From the NCBI GenBank assembly GCA_035548835.1, contig DASZSB010000155.1, positions 20,929 through 84,928 of the forward strand: a DNA stretch of 64,000 nt, given 5' to 3'. Each line of letters starts with the position of its first letter. The stretch's first letter is position 1. The notes beneath the pieces were generated by a model. That model was not told where the DNA came from and ran no database searches. It saw only the letters and a program-made list of their open reading frames with translations. Below, in pieces: positions 59,100-64,000 of the stretch. The position numbers and the translations under genes were made by a program. Source of the DNA: Gammaproteobacteria bacterium (GTDB taxonomy: Bacteria > Pseudomonadota > Gammaproteobacteria > Steroidobacterales > Rariloculaceae).

Positions 59100-60274
59100 T
59101 GAGTGTCGCGACACACGAGATTGCCGCCGTCGGCGCGCATCTGAACGAGGTCTATCCCATGTTGCCGTTCACGCCCGTGCGCGGCACGGGCGTGTGGCTC
59201 GAGAACGCGGCCGGACGCCGCGTGCTCGATCTGTACGGCGGCCACGCCGTGGCCGCGCTCGGCTACGGTCACCGCGACCTGTCCGACGCGATCGCGCGGC
59301 AGAGCCGCGACCTCGTGTTCCAGACAAACGCGCTGCCGCTCAAAGTCCGCGACGAAGCGGCCGAGAAGCTCGCGGCTTTCGGCCCGCCGGGACTCGGTCG
59401 CGTGTTCTTCGTGAACAGCGGCGCGGAGGCCAACGAGAACGCCCTGCGCCTCGCGTTCCGGGTCACGGGCCGCACCAAGATCGTCGCGATGGAAGGCAGC
59501 TTCCACGGCCGCACGGCCGCGGCAGCGGCCGTGACGTGGGGCGCCGCGAAGTCCTGGTACGGCTTTCCGCGCGCGCCGTTCGACGTGCAGTTCGTGCCGC
59601 GCAACGACGCGCAGGCGCTCGCGGCGGCCGTCGACTCGAGCACGGCCGCCGTGATCATCGAGCCCGTGCAGGGGCTCGCGGGCGCGTTCGACTTCGCGCC
59701 GGACTTCCTGCACGCGATCCGCGCGGCCTGCGACAAGACCGGCGCGCTGTACATCATCGACGAGGTGCAAACCGGCATGGGCCGGCTCGGCGCCCCGTTC
59801 GGCGCGCAGCTCTACAACGTCCGGCCGGATCTCTTGACCGTCGCGAAGGGGCTCGGGGGCGGCTTTCCGTGCGGCGCCGTGCTGATGCCGCACGCCATCG
59901 CGTCGGAGCTCAAGGCCGGCGCGCTCGGCACGACGTTCGGCGGCGGGCCCGTAGCCTGCGCGGCGATCAAGGCCGTGATCGAGGTCATCGAGCGCGACAA
60001 GCTGCTCGCGAACGTGCGCGCGGTCAGCGACGCGATCCGTGCGAAGTGCGTGGTCGGCCCGGTCGAGAGCATCCAGGGGAAGGGCTTCCTGCTGGGGCTC
60101 AAGACGCGGCCGAAGGCCGCGGCCGTGCGCGACGCACTGCTGGCGCGCGACATTCTGGCCGGCACCAGTGCAGACCCGCACGTGCTGCGCCTGCTGCCGC
60201 CGCTCATTCTTTCGACCGAGCACGTCGAACGCCTGTCTGCCGTCCTGAAGGAGCTCACCGATGCGTCGCTTTAA
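59099..60274 (+). CDS. argD: Acylornithine aminotransferase
   Basis: LDLYGGHAV, NSGAEANE, FHGRT, DEVQTGMGR, AKGLGGG, TTFGG; TAATG coupling. Confidence 0.93.
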   Translation: MSVATHEIAAVGAHLNEVYPMLPFTPVRGTGVWLENAAGRRVLDLYGGHAVAALGYGHRDLSDAIARQSRDLVFQTNALPLKVRDEAAEKLAAFGPPGLGRVFFVNSGAEANENALRLAFRVTGRTKIVAMEGSFHGRTAAAAAVTWGAAKSWYGFPRAPFDVQFVPRNDAQALAAAVDSSTAAVIIEPVQGLAGAFDFAPDFLHAIRAACDKTGALYIIDEVQTGMGRLGAPFGAQLYNVRPDLLTVAKGLGGGFPCGAVLMPHAIASELKAGALGTTFGGGPVACAAIKAVIEVIERDKLLANVRAVSDAIRAKCVVGPVESIQGKGFLLGLKTRPKAAAVRDALLARDILAGTSADPHVLRLLPPLILSTEHVERLSAVLKELTDASL

Positions 60275-61262
60275 CGATCTCGCCGACTTCTCGAACGAGG
60301 AGATCAAGGATCTCATCGCTCTGGCGAACCGTCTCGACAGGAACCCCGAGCCGCGCGCGCTCGAGGGCAAGGTTCTGTCATTGCTGTTCTTAAGCCCGTC
60401 GCTGCGCACGCTGTCGTCGTTCCAGGCCGCGATGATCAGGCTCGGCGGCGGCGCCTTCGTGATCTCGCCGGACATGTCGATCCACGGGCTCGAGTCGCGC
60501 TACGGTATCGTCATGGACGGGGCGGCGGCCGAGCACGTGCGCGAAGCGATCCCGGTGATCGCCTCGTATGGCGACGCGATGGGCGTGCGCGCGTTCGCGC
60601 AGCGCAACAATCTCGCGCACGACCTCGCGGAAACGGACTTCAAGAACCTCACGAGCCTGATCGACAAGCCGTGGATCAACATGGAGTCGGCCAACGACCA
60701 TCCGTGCCAAAGCCTGGCCGACTGGAAGACGCTGGACGACCTCGGCATTCCGGAGAACGCCAAGTTCGTGCTGTCGTGGGGCTATCACCCGAAACCGCTG
60801 CCGCTCGCCGTGTCGGCGGCGACGATCCACATGGCGGCCAAGCGCGGCATGAACGTGGTGCACCTGCGCCCACCGGGTTTCGAGCTGCCACCGCAGATCA
60901 TGGACAAGGCACGCAAGGCCGCGGCCGCATCGGGTGGCAGTGTCACCGAGACCACGGACCGGCGCGAGGCGATGGAAGGCGCGCACGTGATCTACACGAA
61001 GTCGTATTCTTCGACGAAGTACTACGGCGACAAGCTCGGCGACCAGGCCCTGCGCGAGCAACTGGTCGGCACGTGGTGCGTCGACGAGCCGTGGTTCGCG
61101 AACGCGCGCCCCGACTGCCGCTTCATGCACTGCCTGCCGGTGCGCCGCGGCGTCGAGGTGTCGGACCGGATTCTCGACGGTTCGCGCAGCGTCGTGATCC
61201 AGGAGGCGCGCAACCGGTTGTACGCGCAGATGGCAGTGCTGTACCGCATGATGAAAGGCTGA
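60261..61262 (+). CDS. argF': N-acylornithine carbamoyltransferase (ArgF'), predicted succinyl-specific
   Basis: SPSLRT, MDG...EH, HPCQ, WGYHPKPLP, HCLPVRR diagnostic of the AOTC/SOTC family. Confidence 0.9.
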   Translation: MRRFNDLADFSNEEIKDLIALANRLDRNPEPRALEGKVLSLLFLSPSLRTLSSFQAAMIRLGGGAFVISPDMSIHGLESRYGIVMDGAAAEHVREAIPVIASYGDAMGVRAFAQRNNLAHDLAETDFKNLTSLIDKPWINMESANDHPCQSLADWKTLDDLGIPENAKFVLSWGYHPKPLPLAVSAATIHMAAKRGMNVVHLRPPGFELPPQIMDKARKAAAASGGSVTETTDRREAMEGAHVIYTKSYSSTKYYGDKLGDQALREQLVGTWCVDEPWFANARPDCRFMHCLPVRRGVEVSDRILDGSRSVVIQEARNRLYAQMAVLYRMMKG

Positions 61263-61267
61263 GGAAA

Positions 61268-62197
61268 ATGACGGCAAGACTCTCGACCAACGAACGGGCC
61301 ATCGTGATAACCGCTCTGCGGCACGCTCTGCCTTATCTCCGTGTCTTCAAGAACAAGGTCTTCGTGATCAAGGCCGGTGGCGACGCGTTCGTCTCGAACG
61401 AGACGACCCGCGCGCTCATGGAGCAGATCGGCATCCTGCACCAGGTGGGCATCCGCGTGGTGCTCGTGCACGGCGGCGGGCCGCAGTCCACGGCGCTCGC
61501 GAAGCGGCTCGGGCTCTCGACGCAGATGGTCGAGGGCCGGCGCGTCACGGATGCGCAGACGCTCGAAGTCTCGACCATGGTGCTGAACGGCGAGATCAAC
61601 ACGCGGATCGTCGCGATGTGCCGCGCGCTCGGCATTCCGGCCATCGGCATCAGCGGGGTCGACGGCGGCCTCATCAAGGCCGGCAAGCGCCCGCCGGTGC
61701 AGGTCGGCGACCAGACGGTCGACTACGGCTTCGTCGGCGACATCTTCGGCATCGATCCCAGCATCATCCTGAAGCAGCTCGACAACGACCTCGTGCCGAT
61801 CGTGAGCCCTCTGTCGGCCGACGATGGCGGCACACTGCTGAACATCAACGCCGACACGGTTGCCGCGATGATCGCCTGCGAGCTCAAGGCCGAGAAGTTC
61901 GTCATGGCCACGGGCACGCCGGGCATTCTCGAGTCGGTCGAGGATCCGCGCTCCCTGATCTCGTACATCGACCGCGCGGGACTGCGGCGGCTGCGCGACG
62001 AGGGCAAGATCTCGGGCGGCATGCTGCCGAAGGTCGCGGCCATCGAGCGCGCGCTCTCGGGCGGCGTGCCACGCGTGCACGTGATCTCGTACGCGCAGCC
62101 GGACAGCCTGCTGCTCGAGGTATTCACGAACGAAGGCACGGGCACGCTGGTTGTGAACGACACGAAGAACCTGCGGCCCGAGGAACAGGCGGGCTAG
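61268..62197 (+). CDS. argB: N-acylglutamate kinase
   Basis: ALPYL, IKAGG, VHGGGPQ, GRRVTD, LNINAD, GGMLPKV; no fused GNAT domain. Confidence 0.94.
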   Translation: MTARLSTNERAIVITALRHALPYLRVFKNKVFVIKAGGDAFVSNETTRALMEQIGILHQVGIRVVLVHGGGPQSTALAKRLGLSTQMVEGRRVTDAQTLEVSTMVLNGEINTRIVAMCRALGIPAIGISGVDGGLIKAGKRPPVQVGDQTVDYGFVGDIFGIDPSIILKQLDNDLVPIVSPLSADDGGTLLNINADTVAAMIACELKAEKFVMATGTPGILESVEDPRSLISYIDRAGLRRLRDEGKISGGMLPKVAAIERALSGGVPRVHVISYAQPDSLLLEVFTNEGTGTLVVNDTKNLRPEEQAG

Positions 62198-62199
62198 AG

Positions 62200-63396
62200 A
62201 TGGCACGCCTCTGGGACAAAGGGCTGCCGCTCGACGAGCGCATCCTGAAATTCACGGCCGGCGAGGATCACGTCCTCGACCAGCGGCTCGTGGCGTACGA
62301 CGCGCGCGCGTCGGTCGCGCACGCGCGCATGCTCACGAAGCAGGGCCTGCTGTCCCGGGCCGACTGCGAAGCGATCTGTGCCGGCATCGAGGCCGTCGCC
62401 GCGGCGCATGCCGCAGGCGAATGGCGGATCGAGCTCGCCGACGAAGACGCGCACAGCGCGCTCGAGCGGCGGCTCACGGAGCGCATCGGCCCGGCGGGCG
62501 GCCGCGTGCATCTCGGCCGCTCGCGCAACGACCAGGTGCTGGTCGCGCTGCGCCTGTATCTGCGCGACGCCATCGGCGATCTCGCCGCTGCAACCAACGG
62601 CGTGATCGCCGCGCTCGAGCGCGTGGCGACGGAGCAGGGTTCGATCGCCCTGCCCGGCTACACGCACATGCAACCCGCGATGCCGAGCTCCGTAGCGCTG
62701 TGGGCGCGCGGCTTCGCGACCGAGCTCGCCGACGACCGTGATGGCCTGAAGACCGTGCTGCGGCGCGTGCAGAAGAATCCGCTGGGTTCCGCCGCCGGCT
62801 ACGGCGTGCCGAACCTGCCGCTCGACCGCGAGGCCACACGCGCGGCGCTCGGCTTCGACAGCGTGCACGAGCCCGTGACGGCCGTGCAGCTCTCGCGCGG
62901 CAAGGCGGAAGCCTCGCTGCTGTTCGAGCTCGCGCTGCTGCTCGGCGACCTCGGGCGGCTCGCGTCCGATCTGCTGCTTTTCTACACGAGCGAGTTCGCG
63001 TACGTGACGCTGCCGGCCGAGATGACGACCGGCTCGTCGATCATGCCGCAGAAGCGCAACCCCGACGTGTTCGAGCTCGTGCGCGGCACGCAGTCGACCG
63101 TGGTCGGCGCCCTGAACGAGACGCTCGCGCTGACGGCCAAGCTCACCTCCGGCTACCACCGCGATCTGCAGCGGCTGAAGGCGCCGCTGTTCCGCAGCAT
63201 CGATCTCGCGACCGACGTGCTCGCGATCATGGCGCACGCGCTGCCGAACGTGCGGTTCCGGCCCGAGCACATCACGCTTCAGCCGGAGCTCTACGCCGCG
63301 GAACAGGCCAACGCGCTGGTCGTCAAGGAAGGCATCCCGTTCCGCGAGGCGTACAAGCGCGTCGCGGCACAGCTTGCGAAGGAGCGGAACAAGTGA
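62200..63396 (+). CDS. argH: Argininosuccinate lyase (short, 398 aa)
   Basis: GRSRNDQ, PGYTHMQPA, NPLGSAAG, GSSIMPQKRNPD, GYHRDLQ. Confidence 0.94.
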   Translation: MARLWDKGLPLDERILKFTAGEDHVLDQRLVAYDARASVAHARMLTKQGLLSRADCEAICAGIEAVAAAHAAGEWRIELADEDAHSALERRLTERIGPAGGRVHLGRSRNDQVLVALRLYLRDAIGDLAAATNGVIAALERVATEQGSIALPGYTHMQPAMPSSVALWARGFATELADDRDGLKTVLRRVQKNPLGSAAGYGVPNLPLDREATRAALGFDSVHEPVTAVQLSRGKAEASLLFELALLLGDLGRLASDLLLFYTSEFAYVTLPAEMTTGSSIMPQKRNPDVFELVRGTQSTVVGALNETLALTAKLTSGYHRDLQRLKAPLFRSIDLATDVLAIMAHALPNVRFRPEHITLQPELYAAEQANALVVKEGIPFREAYKRVAAQLAKERNK

Positions 63397-63596
63397 GCCG
63401 CGGCGTCGTGCGCAATCTCGCTTTCTGCATGCTGCTTGCCGCCGGCATCGTTGCCTGCGGGCAGCGCGGGCCGCTCCAGCTGCCGGAGAGCGCGCGTCCC
63501 ATTCAGCGCATTGAGCTGCCGCAGTCGCAGCCGCCGGCGCAATCGGCCCCGGCGCCGGAAAAACAGGACGACGAGCAGAAAAAGAATGAGCGCTAA
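63393..63596 (+). CDS. lptM: LptM/YifL (LppL)-family lipoprotein
   Basis: VAC lipobox followed by GQRGPLQLP. Confidence 0.8.
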   Translation: MSRGVVRNLAFCMLLAAGIVACGQRGPLQLPESARPIQRIELPQSQPPAQSAPAPEKQDDEQKKNER

Positions 63597-64000
63597 ACCG
63601 CTCGTTCTGGTCGACGGCTCCTCGTATCTGTACCGCGCGTTCCACGCGCTGCCCGCGCTGTCGACGGCCAGCGGCGAGCCCACCGGCGCAGTGCTGGGCG
63701 TCGTGAACATGCTCTACAAGCTGCTCGACGAGGTCGGGCCGGAACGCATGGCCGTGGTGTTCGACGCACCGGGCCGGACGTTCCGCGACGACCTTTACGC
63801 CGAATACAAGGCGCACCGCCCGCCGATGCCGGACGAGCTGCGCGCGCAGGTCGCGCCGCTGCTCGAGGCCATCGAGGCCATGGGCATCCCGCTGCTGCGC
63901 ATCGAGGGCGTGGAGGCCGACGACGTGATCGGCACGCTGGCGCGGCAGGCGTCCGCGGCCGGCACGCGGACCGTGATCTCGACCGGCGACAAGGATCTCG
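63586..64000 (+). CDS. polA: DNA polymerase I, 5' part (runs off the window)
   Basis: [43 protein letters not shown]. Confidence 0.95.
   Translation, partial: MSAKPLVLVDGSSYLYRAFHALPALSTASGEPTGAVLGVVNMLYKLLDEVGPERMAVVFDAPGRTFRDDLYAEYKAHRPPMPDELRAQVAPLLEAIEAMGIPLLRIEGVEADDVIGTLARQASAAGTRTVISTGDKDL

Noticed and set aside
62200-63396. argH as a truncated pseudogene
   Set aside because: Catalytic motifs are intact, there is no frameshifted remainder, and the stop is coupled to lptM; short ArgH variants are known

Overview
A 64 kb, high-GC (judged by eye, not computed), gene-dense chromosomal segment, most likely from a Gammaproteobacterium (ExeAB, PspF/ABC, MsrPQ, GshA, LptM, Cpx-like pair). 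I found no tRNA/rRNA, IS, integrase, prophage or CRISPR array. Contents are mostly housekeeping and envelope genes: radical SAM, CpxRA-like pair, glnK-amtB, msrPQ, two GGDEF-EAL proteins, a PAS-sigma54 activator, pyrC, pip, an M16 peptidase, a GldAFG-like ABC module, ilvA, pyrB, qor, gshA, bactofilin, psp operon, mdh, fadE, exeAB, SRAP, yadGH, an arg operon and the start of polA. Main leads: (1) an ArgR-led arg operon with no argA/argJ/argE, carrying a DUF1611-like P-loop gene and an ArgF' with Ala at the acetyl/succinyl specificity position, suggesting a succinylated pathway with a candidate new acyltransferase; (2) a divergent tandem-FlhD-like / FlhC-like activator pair with no flagellar or ICE genes nearby; (3) a sigma54 module driving a small secreted protein followed by a structured RNA-like region; (4) two pairs of uncharacterised coupled genes. 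Family calls come from recognised motifs and memory, with no database search. Several starts were moved from the ORF track to the more plausible start codon.
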